Counted from the first letter of the stretch, positions 1 to 10,941 are shown. The stretch is 64,000 nucleotides of DNA from an uncultured Verrucomicrobiae bacterium (GCA_963702845.1 OY969763.1:4768001-4832000); one strand, 5' to 3'. Numbers and translations are program-made. The notes: generated by a model not told the origin, from the letters alone.

Positions 1-969
1 GTTATCACCGACCGCCGCGTCGGGCCGATTTATGCAAAAGCCGCCGTGGCCTCGCTCACCAAAGCCGGATTCGAGGTCAGCGTCATTACCGTCGATTCCG
101 GTGAACAGGCGAAAAGCCTGAAGGTTGTCGGGCAATGTTATGACAAACTCGCCGCGCATCGACTCGAACGGAAATCGTTTATCGTTGCGTTGGGCGGTGG
201 TGTGGTGGGTGACCTCTCGGGATTTGTCGCAGCGACTTATTTGCGCGGCATTCCGTTTGTGCAGGTGCCGACGACGTTGCTCGCGCAGGTAGATAGTTCC
301 GTTGGCGGGAAAACCGGCGTAAATCTCAAAGCGGGAAAGAATCTGGTTGGCGCGTTTTATCAACCGCGGGTTGTGCTTTGTGATTTGGATACGCTGCGCA
401 CGTTGCCTGTGCGCGAGTATCGCGCGGGTTTGGCTGAGGTCATCAAGTACGGAATTATTTACGACGCTGCGCTGTTCGCTCGCATCGAACGTGACCTTCC
501 AAAACTGTTGAAAAAACATCCGCGCACACTGGCTGAGGTCGTGGCGCGTTGTTGTGAAATTAAGGCGGATGTGGTCGGACAGGACGAGACGGAAAGCGGG
601 TTACGGGCAATTCTAAATTTTGGACACACGATCGGGCACGCCATAGAAGCAATCTCCGGCTACGGCACATATTTACACGGAGAGGCGATATCGATTGGCC
701 AGATTGCGGCGGCGAAGATTTCGGCCGAACAATTTGGATTATCAGAAGGCGAAGTGGCGCGAATCACCCAACTCTTCAAGCGCGCCGGGTTGCCGACGAC
801 GATTAAACTATCCGCAACGCAACGGGCAAAACTCTTTGGTGCGATGAAGGTGGATAAGAAGGTCAGCGCTGGGGAAATCAAGTTCGTGCTGGCCCGCAAA
901 ATTGGCGCGGTAGAATTTGGGCAGAAGGTAACGGCGGAAACCATCAACCGAGCGATCGACGCGAAATAG
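1..969 (+). CDS. aroB: 3-dehydroquinate synthase (5'-truncated by window edge)
   Basis: Frame is open from base 1; motifs ALGGGVVGD, VPTTLLAQVDSSVGGKTGVN, LNFGHTIGHAIE, HGEA. Confidence 0.97.
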   Translation, partial: VITDRRVGPIYAKAAVASLTKAGFEVSVITVDSGEQAKSLKVVGQCYDKLAAHRLERKSFIVALGGGVVGDLSGFVAATYLRGIPFVQVPTTLLAQVDSSVGGKTGVNLKAGKNLVGAFYQPRVVLCDLDTLRTLPVREYRAGLAEVIKYGIIYDAALFARIERDLPKLLKKHPRTLAEVVARCCEIKADVVGQDETESGLRAILNFGHTIGHAIEAISGYGTYLHGEAISIGQIAAAKISAEQFGLSEGEVARITQLFKRAGLPTTIKLSATQRAKLFGAMKVDKKVSAGEIKFVLARKIGAVEFGQKVTAETINRAIDAK

Positions 970-970
970 C

Positions 971-1603
971 ATGGCTGCCGTGAACCAGGACATCGTGCGT
1001 GAGTATTTCGAGATGCACGGTTTTCTCGTGTGGCAGGATCGCAAATACATCATGCGCGGGAAGACCGAGGATGACGGCATCGATTTTCTGGTTTGGAATC
1101 CGAAGAAGCACGAGCGGGCGGGTGAACTGCCGTTTGTTTTGAAGTCCGAGGACATGGAACGCGTCGAGCGTGCGCTGGTGGTTGTGCGCGGCTGGCATAC
1201 GGAGGTATTCAGTGCGGCGGTTCTGGAAAATTCACCGGAAATATTTCGATTTGTGACACCGGCAGTTTTGAAACAGGCGGTGAAGTCGTTTGGACTGGAT
1301 TCAGAGCCGATGAAGATTTTGGTCGTGCCGTCGTTACCGACCGGTGCGCAGGCGAAAGAGGACAGCATCAAAACGCTTCGTGCAAAAGGGATCGACGCTG
1401 TGATCCCGTTTCGAACCGTTTTGGCCGACTTGATTGCGCGGATCGAGACGAACCGCAATTACGACAAGTCTGACGTGCTGCAGGTCATTCGCGTCTTGAA
1501 GATTCACAAGTTTTTCAAGGAGCCGCAACTGGAACTGTTCCGCACCACGAAAACACCCCGGAAAAAGAAGCAGTCGCCTGAGCCGGAAACCAACTTGGAA
1601 TAA
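971..1603 (+). CDS. Conserved hypothetical protein, possible PD-(D/E)XK nuclease-like fold
   Basis: 210 aa, starts 1 nt after aroB stop; IVREYFEMHGF...GIDFLV pattern resembles the PD-(D/E)XK N-terminal helix and strand. Confidence 0.7.
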   Translation: MAAVNQDIVREYFEMHGFLVWQDRKYIMRGKTEDDGIDFLVWNPKKHERAGELPFVLKSEDMERVERALVVVRGWHTEVFSAAVLENSPEIFRFVTPAVLKQAVKSFGLDSEPMKILVVPSLPTGAQAKEDSIKTLRAKGIDAVIPFRTVLADLIARIETNRNYDKSDVLQVIRVLKIHKFFKEPQLELFRTTKTPRKKKQSPEPETNLE

Positions 1604-1633
1604 TTGCGAATTCCATTAAGCTTATCGCCGCGC

Positions 1634-2203
1634 ATGATCCTGGTCATCGACAACTACGATTCGTTTACCTACAACCTCGTCCAGTATTTGGGCGAGATGA
1701 AGGTGGAGTTGCAGGTGCATCGCAATGACGAGATTTCGCTGGAGAAAATTCGTGAGTTGAATCCCGAGCGCATTCTTGTATCACCCGGCCCCTGCTCGCC
1801 GCGTGAATCGGGTTTGTCGAATGATGTCATTCGAACCTTCGGGAAACATATTCCGGTGTTTGGCGTTTGCCTTGGGCATCAATGTATCGGGCACACGTTC
1901 GGCGCGGATGTCGTGGTGAATTACCGAATGATGCATGGCAAGACGTCGTTGATTAAACACAACGGCAAAGATTTATTTAAGGACATGCCGAATCCGTTCG
2001 CGGCGACGCGTTATCACTCACTTGTCATTAAGCGCGATACGGTTCCGGACTGCCTTGAAATCACTGCGGAAACGGAAGAGGGCGAGATCATGGGCGTGAA
2101 ACACAAAGAGCTTCCGATTTGGGGCGTGCAGTTTCATCCGGAAAGTATTCTGACGGAAAGCGGGCGGACGATTATGAAAAACTTTCTGACGCTCCAGGCG
2201 TAG
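1634..2203 (+). CDS. trpG: Anthranilate/aminodeoxychorismate synthase component II (class I glutamine amidotransferase; TrpG/PabA)
   Basis: [35 protein letters not shown]. Confidence 0.95.
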   Translation: MILVIDNYDSFTYNLVQYLGEMKVELQVHRNDEISLEKIRELNPERILVSPGPCSPRESGLSNDVIRTFGKHIPVFGVCLGHQCIGHTFGADVVVNYRMMHGKTSLIKHNGKDLFKDMPNPFAATRYHSLVIKRDTVPDCLEITAETEEGEIMGVKHKELPIWGVQFHPESILTESGRTIMKNFLTLQA

Positions 2204-2232
2204 CTTTCTGCTCCGTTTTCTTACGTCGGCAG

Positions 2233-4236
2233 CTACTTCGGGTTTTGCTTCTCAAATCGATCGAGTGCGTTTGCGGCGGTGTTGTTCGCATCGACATGAG
2301 CGCGGTGATTGATGTCTACCGCGCGCTGAAATAGATCCACGGCTTCTTGTTTATTTTCTTTCGGCAATAAGGTCGCAATCTGATGGCAGGCCCAATAGGC
2401 GGCGAGGTCGTTGGGATAAAGTGCGAGGACCTTGCGAAATTCGGCTATCGCGTCGGCGCTGAGTCCGCGGCGTTCGTAGGCGAGCGCAAGGTTGTAATGC
2501 GAATCGGAGCGGGTCGGGTCAAACTGAATGGCGAGCCGTAAATGTTTGATGGCATTGTCGAGATCGCCTTTTTGCAGGTAAGCAGCACCCAGGTTGCCCT
2601 CGATCAGTGAATCGTGCGGTTTGTATTTCAGCGCCTGTTCTTCTTCGGCAATGGCTTTATTGAGATCGCCCAACGCCATGTAGGCAACGCCAAGCGAAGT
2701 GTGCGCGGCCGGTAAAGTCGGCATCAGTTTTAAGGTCGCGCTCAAGTGCTCGATGGCTTCTTTGTTTTTCGCTTCGGCTTCGGGGAACTTGTGTTGGGCT
2801 CGGAGCAATTCAGCCTCGCTGTTGAGGACGGAGCCCATGCCGTTGTGAACGAACCAATTGTTTCTAGTGACGGTCAGCGTGTGACGATACAAGGTTTCGC
2901 TGTCATGCCAGTAGCTAACTTGTTGGCAGGCCGGTGGAATGAGCGCGGCAGTCACTCCAGCAGTGGCGAGCGCCAACGCCGGCTGGGCTATCTTGCGGAA
3001 GAATAGCGAAAACAAATCCGCGAGACCAAAGGCGACAATGATACAGATGCCGATCGACGGAATGTAGGTGTAGCGATCCGCGCGGGCTTGAGCGCCGACC
3101 TGAAGCAATCCAATAACTGGAATCAGAGTGATGACATACCAGCACCAACCGACGATGAAGTAGGGACGCGAACGGGCGAGACGGATGGCAATATAAGTAA
3201 TCGTGATGAGCAGTAAGGAACTTCCGATGACTTGCCATGCGTTCCAATGCACGCCTTCGTGCGGATAGTAGTGCGCGAGGTTTCGCGGGCAGAGCAGGTC
3301 GACGATGTAAACGATGTAGGTGACGATCGCGTTGCTGATGCGAACCAGCGGCGGGACACGTCCGGCGGTGGCAATGGCACCACCTTCCTTTTGCGAGATA
3401 ATCAGAAGAATTCCGGCGAGCAGCGCCATTGCGAAAAGCGGGAGTTTTTCGAGCACCAATCGGTTGAGTCCAGCGCCAAGGCGGTTCAATGGCCAATAAT
3501 CCATGAGCAGAAGCAGGAGCGGAACCGTCACAAGCATCTGTTTGGACATCAGGCCGAGCGCGAATGCGATGAGCATCAAAATGTATTTTATCGATGACGA
3601 GCTTTGCGCAAAACCGACATAGGCCCACAACGTCAGCATCATGAAGAATGCGCTGAGGACGTCCTTGCGTTCAGCAACCCACGCAATCGATTCTGCATGC
3701 AATGGGTGAATTGCGAAAACAACCGCGACTAAAATGCTGGGCCAGAGTTTGGCGGTCAGGCGATTGAGAAGACCGAACAGGAGCAGCACACTGGCGACGT
3801 GAAAGAGGACGTTGGTGAAATGGTGACCGCCGGTGCCTTTCAATTGGCCGGGAAGCATGCCCCAGAACTGGCAATCGAACATGTGCGTGAGCCAGGTGAC
3901 GGGGTGCCAGTTGGCGGCGTTGCCCAAATGAAATGCCCACCGAAAATTTTCCCAGGTCAAACCGCCGCGAACGTGGTTGTTGTTGATGATGTAATCCGGG
4001 TCATCAACGTTGGTCAGTTCGAAATGAGTCGTTTGCCAATAAACAGCGAGAGTGACAGCCGCGAGCGCGAGGCACACGACAAGAATAGCCCAAGCGGGTG
4101 TCTGTGAGGCCGGCTGCACATACGTGACCGGCCGCGATCTGCGATTGGCTCCCTCGCGCCTCGGTCGGATGCGCCCGATTAATGCTGACTCGCTTGCCCA
4201 TTGCGATGTTATCGCTGGAATGGGCGGCGAGTTCAA
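2233..4236 (-). CDS. TMTC-like membrane glycosyltransferase with C-terminal TPR repeats
   Basis: DD..YI loop, NWHPVT, HPLHAESIAWVAERKD, ADRYTY, multiple TM helices then TPRs; true start uncertain. Confidence 0.85.
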   Translation of the reverse strand: MNSPPIPAITSQWASESALIGRIRPRREGANRRSRPVTYVQPASQTPAWAILVVCLALAAVTLAVYWQTTHFELTNVDDPDYIINNNHVRGGLTWENFRWAFHLGNAANWHPVTWLTHMFDCQFWGMLPGQLKGTGGHHFTNVLFHVASVLLLFGLLNRLTAKLWPSILVAVVFAIHPLHAESIAWVAERKDVLSAFFMMLTLWAYVGFAQSSSSIKYILMLIAFALGLMSKQMLVTVPLLLLLMDYWPLNRLGAGLNRLVLEKLPLFAMALLAGILLIISQKEGGAIATAGRVPPLVRISNAIVTYIVYIVDLLCPRNLAHYYPHEGVHWNAWQVIGSSLLLITITYIAIRLARSRPYFIVGWCWYVITLIPVIGLLQVGAQARADRYTYIPSIGICIIVAFGLADLFSLFFRKIAQPALALATAGVTAALIPPACQQVSYWHDSETLYRHTLTVTRNNWFVHNGMGSVLNSEAELLRAQHKFPEAEAKNKEAIEHLSATLKLMPTLPAAHTSLGVAYMALGDLNKAIAEEEQALKYKPHDSLIEGNLGAAYLQKGDLDNAIKHLRLAIQFDPTRSDSHYNLALAYERRGLSADAIAEFRKVLALYPNDLAAYWACHQIATLLPKENKQEAVDLFQRAVDINHRAHVDANNTAANALDRFEKQNPK

Positions 4237-4257
4237 GAATGCGATGACGGCGATTGG

Positions 4258-4591
4258 CTAGGCTTCTGCCGTTACGTGCCGCGCCTGGAATAGCTGCGTC
4301 ACCTTTGCGCGCGGTCGTGAAAAACGGCGGACGAACCTTTTCAATTTCGTCGCGGATTTTTTGGAATCGTTGTTGCGATTCGGTGGCGCGTTCAAGTTGG
4401 CGTTTCCATTGCTCCATTTTGGTGCGCGCGGTTTGCATGGGCACCTGACGGGCTGCCGCAATTAACCGTTTGAACTTTTCGCGCTCGAAGCCGGCACGTT
4501 CTATTCCGTATACGATAGGGTCGGTGCAATCTCCGTGGAACTTTTCGCTCTCAATTTCGATCCGAATTTTCTCAAACTCTTTGCGTGTCAT
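4258..4591 (-). CDS. Possible small helical hypothetical protein (end uncertain)
   Basis: ATG at 4591 begins MTRKEFEKIRIEIESEK..., charged and helix-like, filling the gap between two genes; the reading frame runs on into the TMTC gene, so a frameshift is possible. Confidence 0.3.
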
Positions 4592-4686
4592 AGTAGTAAT
4601 TCTCCCGCGGTTGGACTCGGCTAAAACCGTGGATGGAGTATGTACGCGACGCATCCCGAATCTGACTATGGGCAAAACTTGTGAAC

Positions 4687-6090
4687 CTATTGTGACAGAA
4701 ACCCTGTAGCCGTATTTTGCCATGCCTCGTTCGGCTCCATCATTTGCGCACCGGTAGCACGACGCCACATGTCGAGCTCGCCTTCCAGTTCGAGCGCTTT
4801 TTGAGGCATTGCCTCGGTGAGATTATGTTCTTCGCCGATGTCGTCTTTTAGATTGTAGAGTTCAAGACTGCCGTCTTCATAATTTTCGATCAGCTTGAAA
4901 TCGCCCATGCGAATTGCGCCACCGGGTTTGCCGCCCTGATTACTGTAGTGCGGATAATGCCAGAAGAGCGCATCGCGTTGAATGGCGCCGGTGTGTTTGA
5001 GAAGAGGAACGATGTTTACCCCGTCGACATTTGGATCAATGTCACCCGGAATGTGAGCGATGTCTTTAAACGTCGGAAAGAAATCGACGCTGCAAACCGG
5101 TGTATCACAAACGCTGCCCGCCTTAATCACGCGCGGCCACACGACGATGAGTGGTTCGCGAATGCCGCCTTCATGCAGATAACCTTTACCCTCGCGAAAG
5201 GGCGCGTTGGAAGTTGCGGGCGTGTGTTGACCTTCGTGCACACTCAACCCACCGTTGTCAGAGAAGAAGATCACGATGGTGTTGTTCTCAAGCTTCAGCG
5301 ATTTCAACGTATTGATCAGGTGACCGACGCAGTTGTCCATGCTTTCGATCATGCCGGCGTAGATGGCATTTGTGTGCACGCGGCCGGGAGGTAGGGCTTT
5401 GTATTTTTCGACCAGTTCGTGGCGAACATTGAGCGGAATGTGGACGCTGTTATATGCGACGTATGCGAAGAATGGTTTCGATTTGTTTGCACGAATGAAA
5501 TCTGTTGCGGCGGTCGTGATCTCGTATTCGCCTTTGCCGGGATCTTTGGAATCGGGATCGCCGCCGCTTTTATCGCCGGCGAAGTAAATATCAAAGCCCT
5601 GTTGTTGCGGCAAAAATCCAGGGCCACCGAGATGCCATTTCCCAAACGCGCCAGTCGCGTATCCTGCTTTCTTGAGCATCTCAGCGACGGTGACTTCTTC
5701 CAAAGCCAGATGCTGAAAAATCGTGGGTTGCTTCAGCATCTGGTCCGGGCGGTCGCTTCGGCCAGGCAGATAAGTGGTTAGATGCAGGCGCGCGGGATAT
5801 TTGCCGGTCATGATGCTGGCGCGAGTCGGCGAGCAAACGGAACAGGCTGCATAGGCCTGGGTGAATTTCATGCCACGCGCGGCGAGAATGTCGATGTTCG
5901 GCGACTTATAGAAATCGCTGCCATAACAACTGAGATCGCGCGCGCCGAGGTCGTCGGCGAGAATGAAAACGATGTTTGGTGGCTGGGCAGCGGTGGAGGA
6001 GAAAGCTCCAAGCACCAATATCCAAGCTCCAGAGAATATGGAAGCTCCAAGTTTCAGGAGCAGTGGGCAGTTAGTTTTTTTAGCGGACAT
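4687..6090 (-). CDS. Formylglycine-dependent sulfatase
   Basis: PNIVFILADDLG, CSPTRASIMTG (CxPxR), GKWHLG, SDNGG; signal peptide. Confidence 0.95.
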   Translation of the reverse strand: MSAKKTNCPLLLKLGASIFSGAWILVLGAFSSTAAQPPNIVFILADDLGARDLSCYGSDFYKSPNIDILAARGMKFTQAYAACSVCSPTRASIMTGKYPARLHLTTYLPGRSDRPDQMLKQPTIFQHLALEEVTVAEMLKKAGYATGAFGKWHLGGPGFLPQQQGFDIYFAGDKSGGDPDSKDPGKGEYEITTAATDFIRANKSKPFFAYVAYNSVHIPLNVRHELVEKYKALPPGRVHTNAIYAGMIESMDNCVGHLINTLKSLKLENNTIVIFFSDNGGLSVHEGQHTPATSNAPFREGKGYLHEGGIREPLIVVWPRVIKAGSVCDTPVCSVDFFPTFKDIAHIPGDIDPNVDGVNIVPLLKHTGAIQRDALFWHYPHYSNQGGKPGGAIRMGDFKLIENYEDGSLELYNLKDDIGEEHNLTEAMPQKALELEGELDMWRRATGAQMMEPNEAWQNTATGFLSQ

Positions 6091-7528
6091 AATCTTTGAT
6101 TCCGACAGTGGGTTTTTCGGGCGCGAACTTGCGCTCGGGTGTATGCGCTTCCGCGAGAATTTTTTTCATTTTGTTCATGATTTCGGGATGCGCGTCAGCG
6201 ATGTCGTGTTGTTCGGTGGGATCGGTTTTCAAGTTGTATAATTCAAGCTTCGCATTGTCGGCGGGTTTCGTTTTGACCAACTTCCAATCAGCCATGCGCA
6301 CGGCACCGGTCCGATGGTCGCCTTTGACGGTTGGCATCTCGAAATAAAGATACTCGTGTTCCTTTTGCTTTTTGCCGAGCAACGTTGGTACAAAAGAAAT
6401 GCCATCAACATCGGCCGGCGGTTTGATGCCAGCGAGATCGGCGGCCGTGGGGAGAAAATCGTAGAACGCGCAAAGGCGATCGGAGACGGAACCGGGTTTT
6501 ATTTTGCCAGGCCAGCGCGCAATCAGAGGGACGCGAATGCCGCCTTCATAGAAATCGGATTTGTAACCACGCAGGCCACCAGCGCCGTTGAAGAAATCAG
6601 CGACGCGTTGCCAATGGCCGGCTTGTGGGCCGTTGTCGCCGCTGAAAAAAACAATCGTGTTGTCGTCAATGTTGAGGTCCTTCAGTAGTGCCATGATTTC
6701 GCCGACACTGCCATCAAGGCGATCAACCATCGCGGCGAAGGTCGCGTAAGGTTCTTCAGCACCGAGATAACCAGCCCGGTTGTCCGGCAGGGGTGTCTCG
6801 GGCGCAAATTTGCCGCGATATTTCTTGAGCGAATCTTCGGGCACGGTCAGCTCGACGTGCGGCACCGTGTAGGGAACGTAGCAGAAGAATTTTTTGTCTT
6901 TGTTGCGCCGGATGAAATCGAGGGCGTGCTTTTGGAGTTCGTCGTGCGAATAACGCGCGTGCTTGCCGCCTTCGTTTTCGGGGAAAAACACTTTGGTATC
7001 AGTGCCCCACATCCAATAGGGATAATAAAAGTGTGCGTGGACCTGATGGAGGTAACCGAAGAATTCGTCGAAGCCTTGTTTCCACGGAGCGCCCGACGTG
7101 GTTTCAACGCCCAGGCCCCACTTGCCGAACATGCCGTTAACGTAACCGCCTTGTTTGAGAACTTCCGCGACGGTGACGTCTTTGTCGGAAAGAAATTTGC
7201 CACCACCGTTATTGCGAACGGGCGTGTGGCCGGTGTGAAGGCCGGTCATTAAGGTGGAACGAGAGGGTGCACACACCGTCGATCCAGCGTAGGCCTGTGT
7301 AAATTTTATGCCTTCGGCGGCGAGGCGATCGATGTTCGGTGTCTGGTACTTCTTTTCTCCGTAACAACTAAGCTGACCGTACCCAAGATCATCAGCGAGA
7401 ATGAAAATGATATTCGGCGTATTAGCCGCGCGCGAGCTCACCGGCATCAACGCGGCCGAAATAAGGAAAAGTCCAAGGATTAGCGTTCCAGAGAAGCGCG
7501 GTGCAGAGAGGAAGCGTTTGTGATTCAC
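6080..7528 (-). CDS. Arylsulfatase (formylglycine-dependent)
   Basis: PNIIFILADDLG, CAPSRSTLMTG, GKWGLG, GDNG; start uncertain (GTG 7528 chosen to avoid overlap). Confidence 0.93.
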   Translation of the reverse strand: MNHKRFLSAPRFSGTLILGLFLISAALMPVSSRAANTPNIIFILADDLGYGQLSCYGEKKYQTPNIDRLAAEGIKFTQAYAGSTVCAPSRSTLMTGLHTGHTPVRNNGGGKFLSDKDVTVAEVLKQGGYVNGMFGKWGLGVETTSGAPWKQGFDEFFGYLHQVHAHFYYPYWMWGTDTKVFFPENEGGKHARYSHDELQKHALDFIRRNKDKKFFCYVPYTVPHVELTVPEDSLKKYRGKFAPETPLPDNRAGYLGAEEPYATFAAMVDRLDGSVGEIMALLKDLNIDDNTIVFFSGDNGPQAGHWQRVADFFNGAGGLRGYKSDFYEGGIRVPLIARWPGKIKPGSVSDRLCAFYDFLPTAADLAGIKPPADVDGISFVPTLLGKKQKEHEYLYFEMPTVKGDHRTGAVRMADWKLVKTKPADNAKLELYNLKTDPTEQHDIADAHPEIMNKMKKILAEAHTPERKFAPEKPTVGIKDYVR

Positions 7529-7586
7529 AACTGCCGATTGTGGCAGGAAAAACTTTCCTGTCAAAATCTCTACCAAAGCAGCCGGC

Positions 7587-7832
7587 TCACTTCTCGCTCT
7601 TGCTGCTGCCACGTTTGCCGCCACCAGCCATGACGATTGTGCCAGCGAGGAAGCCGACGCCGAAGAAGCCGAAATACATCAACGCAGCAGGCTGTTTCAC
7701 GATGGTCGGCCACTCCGGTTTCACGTGGGGCAAATGGAGTTCGATGCTGTTCGGGTTGTTCAAGCCCATCAGAACCAACAGCGACAACACGGCGATGACG
7801 AAGAGGGTTTTGAAAATGAGCTTAAAATTCAT
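7587..7832 (-). CDS. Small two-TM membrane protein, LapA/DUF1049-like
   Basis: MNFKLIFKTLFVIAVLSLLVLMGLNN...FFGVGFLAG; TM-NN-loop-TM layout. Confidence 0.7.
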   Translation of the reverse strand: MNFKLIFKTLFVIAVLSLLVLMGLNNPNSIELHLPHVKPEWPTIVKQPAALMYFGFFGVGFLAGTIVMAGGGKRGSSKSEK

Positions 7833-7893
7833 AACGGCGCGACAATAAGGAATTCCCCGATAAGCGTCAACGGAAAGGCAAAATGAAGAACGC

Positions 7894-8664
7894 TCAGGCG
7901 TGGACCTTTTGTCCACGAATATGGCCGTTGATATACAGCTTCCCCTGCTCCACCGCACCTGGAAGCGTTTTGCCGTGAGCCAGTCCCGCGGTGATGGCGG
8001 CAGAGTAGGTACAACCAGTGCCGTGGAGGCGTGCGCCTCGAACGAACGGCGCCGAGAAGATCCATTCGCGTTTGCCGTCCCAAAGGAGGTCAGATGCCTG
8101 ACGCGCGCCAGGAAGGTGACCGCCCTTTATCAACGTCGCGCAGTGGTAATACTTCTGAATCAGCTTCGCGACCGCACGCATGTCGTCGAAAGTTTTGATC
8201 TTCGTTCCAGACAAGGCTTCGGCTTCGGGGACGTTAGGAGTGACCAGCGTTGCCATGGGAAGCAGGAACCGCTTCATCTCACTAAACGCTGGCGGTTGCA
8301 ACAGCACCCGACCACTGGTGGAAATGATCACAGGATCGACCACGAGCGCGATGTTCTTGTGGCGGCGTAGAAACCGCACCACTTCACGCACCACCAGCTG
8401 CGAGTACAACATGCCCGTTTTTACCGCGACTGGTGCGTGCTCTTCGAAGACGGCTTCGAGTTGCGCGTGGACCATAGCGGGCGTGCATGGAAAAATCCTC
8501 GCCACGTGCTTGCGGTTTTGCGCGGTGATGCAGGTGATTGCCGAGGTGCCATGGACGCCGAGCGCCGCGAAGGTTTTCAGATCCGCTTGAATGCCAGCTT
8601 CGCCGCCGCTGTCGGAGCCCGCGATCGTCAGGGCGATCGGCATGAGATGTTTGTGCGCAGGCAT
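7894..8664 (-). CDS. thiD: Hydroxymethylpyrimidine/phosphomethylpyrimidine kinase
   Basis: LTIAGSDSGGEAGIQADLKT, KTGML, VVDPV, TPNVPEA, HGTGCT. Confidence 0.96.
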   Translation of the reverse strand: MPAHKHLMPIALTIAGSDSGGEAGIQADLKTFAALGVHGTSAITCITAQNRKHVARIFPCTPAMVHAQLEAVFEEHAPVAVKTGMLYSQLVVREVVRFLRRHKNIALVVDPVIISTSGRVLLQPPAFSEMKRFLLPMATLVTPNVPEAEALSGTKIKTFDDMRAVAKLIQKYYHCATLIKGGHLPGARQASDLLWDGKREWIFSAPFVRGARLHGTGCTYSAAITAGLAHGKTLPGAVEQGKLYINGHIRGQKVHA

Positions 8665-8828
8665 TCACGGATACATTACAACAACTTTTTGCTTGGGAAG
8701 AAAAAAGAGGTCGGTTGTTGGCGCACGTCGCGAGCGGCATGGATTGCGTTCAGGCGCGCTCTAGTGCGTTAGTGACAAGCCGACAATTCTTGCTTTAGCA
8801 GAGCGCCATTACTCTTTAGCTTTGCCGG

Positions 8829-9395
8829 ATGACAAGTGAAGAGGCCGTGCAGATTTTTCGAGAGACCGGCGCGTTACTCGAAGGCCATTTCGTTTTGCGG
8901 AGCGGTTTGCATAGCCGGCAGTTCTTCCAATGCGCGCTGGCGCTACAGCAAATGCCGATTGTTGAAAAGTTCGGCAAGGCGCTGGCCGATAAGGTGCGAG
9001 GACTCGGAGCCGTCACGGTGATTGCGCCGGCGATGGGCGGTTTGGTGATTGGCCAGGAAGTCGCGCGGCAGCTTGGCCTTCGTTTTATTTTTGTGGAAAA
9101 GGAAGAAGGCAGGCTCGTGTTACGCAGAGGGTTCAAAATCAATCCCGCGGAAAAAATTCTCGTCGTCGAAGATGTCGTGACCAAAGGCGGGCGCGTCCAG
9201 GAAACGAACGACATTGTGCGGACGAACGGTGGCAATGTTCTGGGCGTCGCAATGATTGTCGATCGGTCGAATGGCACGGTTGATTTGGGTGTGCCGATGT
9301 TTAGTCTCATTTCGTTGAAAGTGGAAGCGTACCCACCCGACAATTTACCCACCGACCTCCAAAAAATTCCCGCATCCAAACCGGGGAGTAAATAA
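8829..9395 (+). CDS. pyrE: Orotate phosphoribosyltransferase
   Basis: GHFVLRSGLHS, PRPP motif LVVEDVVTKGG. Confidence 0.95.
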   Translation: MTSEEAVQIFRETGALLEGHFVLRSGLHSRQFFQCALALQQMPIVEKFGKALADKVRGLGAVTVIAPAMGGLVIGQEVARQLGLRFIFVEKEEGRLVLRRGFKINPAEKILVVEDVVTKGGRVQETNDIVRTNGGNVLGVAMIVDRSNGTVDLGVPMFSLISLKVEAYPPDNLPTDLQKIPASKPGSK

Positions 9396-9396
9396 T

Positions 9397-10893
9397 ATGG
9401 CCTTCGATTCGTTTGCAGAATTCGTTCACGCGCTGGAAAAGGCCGGAGAGCTCAAGCGCATCTCCGAACCGCTGGCGACGGAATTGGAAATTACTGAACT
9501 CGCCGATCGCGAGATGAAGTCGGCCAATGGCGGCAAGGCCTTATTGATCGAACGGCCAACCGTGAACGGCAAGGTATCTTCGTTTCCTCTTGCGATTAAC
9601 ACGATGGGTTCCGAGAAGCGGATGGCTATGAGCATGGGGGCGAACTCCGTTGCTGAAGTCGCCGCGGAATTGGGATCGTTGATGAAGGCGAAACCGCCGG
9701 CGAGTTTTCGGGAAGCGCTCAGTTTCCTCGGCACCGCCCTGGAGTTGCGTCATGCACGACCCAAAATGGTGGGACGTGGAGCTTGCCAGCAAGTCGTGCA
9801 TCGGTTCAATCCGTCAAAGGTCGAAGGGGCGAAGACCGGGCAAAGTGATCCGACGCTTTTGGATATCCCTATTCTCAAGTGCTGGCCGATGGACGCTGGC
9901 CGTTTCATCACCCTGCCCTGCGTCGTTACGAAAGATCCAGACACCGGAGAGCGCAATATCGGCATGTATCGAATCCAGGTGTATGACGACCAGACCACCG
10001 GCATGCACTGGCAGTTGCAGAAGGTGGCAGCGCGCCACGGGCGGCGTTATTACGAAACCGGCGAACGCATGCCGGTGAGTATTTTCCTCGGGGGCGATCC
10101 GGTGTTTACATTTTGTGCGACGGCGCCATTGCCTGATGGCGTGGACGAATTTCTCCTTGCCGGATATCTGCGCAAGAAATCCGTCGAATTGGTAAAATGT
10201 TTGACGAACGACCTCGAAGTTCCAGCCGACGCAGATTTCGTTATCGAAGGTTACATCGATCCCAAAGAGCCGTTGCGGATGGAAGGTCCGTTTGGTGACC
10301 ACACTGGATATTACTCGTTAGCCGATCTTTATCCGGCGTTCCACATCACCGCGATCACTCACCGCAAAGACGCAGTGTATCCCGCCACGATCGTCGGTAT
10401 TCCGCCGATGGAAGATTTTTACATTGGCACGGCGAGCGTGAAGTTGTTCATGCCGATTTTAAAAATGAGTTTTCCCGAAATCGTAGACATCGCGCTGCCC
10501 GCCGAAGGCGTTTTTCATAACATGGTCTTCGTCAGCATCAAGAAGAGCTACCCGATGCAGGCGTTTAAAATCATGCACGGGCTGTGGGGCATGGGCCAAA
10601 TGATGTTTACCAAATATATAGTGGTCGTTGATGCCGATGTGAACGTGCACAACACCAGCGAAGTCTTGTTCCGGCTCTGCGCCAACACCGATCCACAGCG
10701 CGATGCGATTTTTACGAAGGGTCCTGCGGACGTGTTGGATCACGCCACTGCAGAGCTCGCCATCGGCACGAAGATGGGTATCGACGCGACAAAAAAGCTC
10801 GCAGGCGAAGGTTTCAAACGCGAATGGCCGCCGCTCATCACAATGCCTGCCGACGTGAAACAAAAAATCGATCAATTGTTCGGCTCACATTAA
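9397..10893 (+). CDS. ubiD: UbiD-family (menaquinone-biosynthesis-type) prenyl-FMN decarboxylase
   Basis: RNIGMYRIQ, EGPFGDHTGYY, GIPPMED, GIDATKK. Confidence 0.93.
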   Translation: MAFDSFAEFVHALEKAGELKRISEPLATELEITELADREMKSANGGKALLIERPTVNGKVSSFPLAINTMGSEKRMAMSMGANSVAEVAAELGSLMKAKPPASFREALSFLGTALELRHARPKMVGRGACQQVVHRFNPSKVEGAKTGQSDPTLLDIPILKCWPMDAGRFITLPCVVTKDPDTGERNIGMYRIQVYDDQTTGMHWQLQKVAARHGRRYYETGERMPVSIFLGGDPVFTFCATAPLPDGVDEFLLAGYLRKKSVELVKCLTNDLEVPADADFVIEGYIDPKEPLRMEGPFGDHTGYYSLADLYPAFHITAITHRKDAVYPATIVGIPPMEDFYIGTASVKLFMPILKMSFPEIVDIALPAEGVFHNMVFVSIKKSYPMQAFKIMHGLWGMGQMMFTKYIVVVDADVNVHNTSEVLFRLCANTDPQRDAIFTKGPADVLDHATAELAIGTKMGIDATKKLAGEGFKREWPPLITMPADVKQKIDQLFGSH

Positions 10894-10941
10894 CTTGAGT
10901 TTTTGGCAAGATTTGAAACATTAGTGGCCGCCAAAGGCCTG

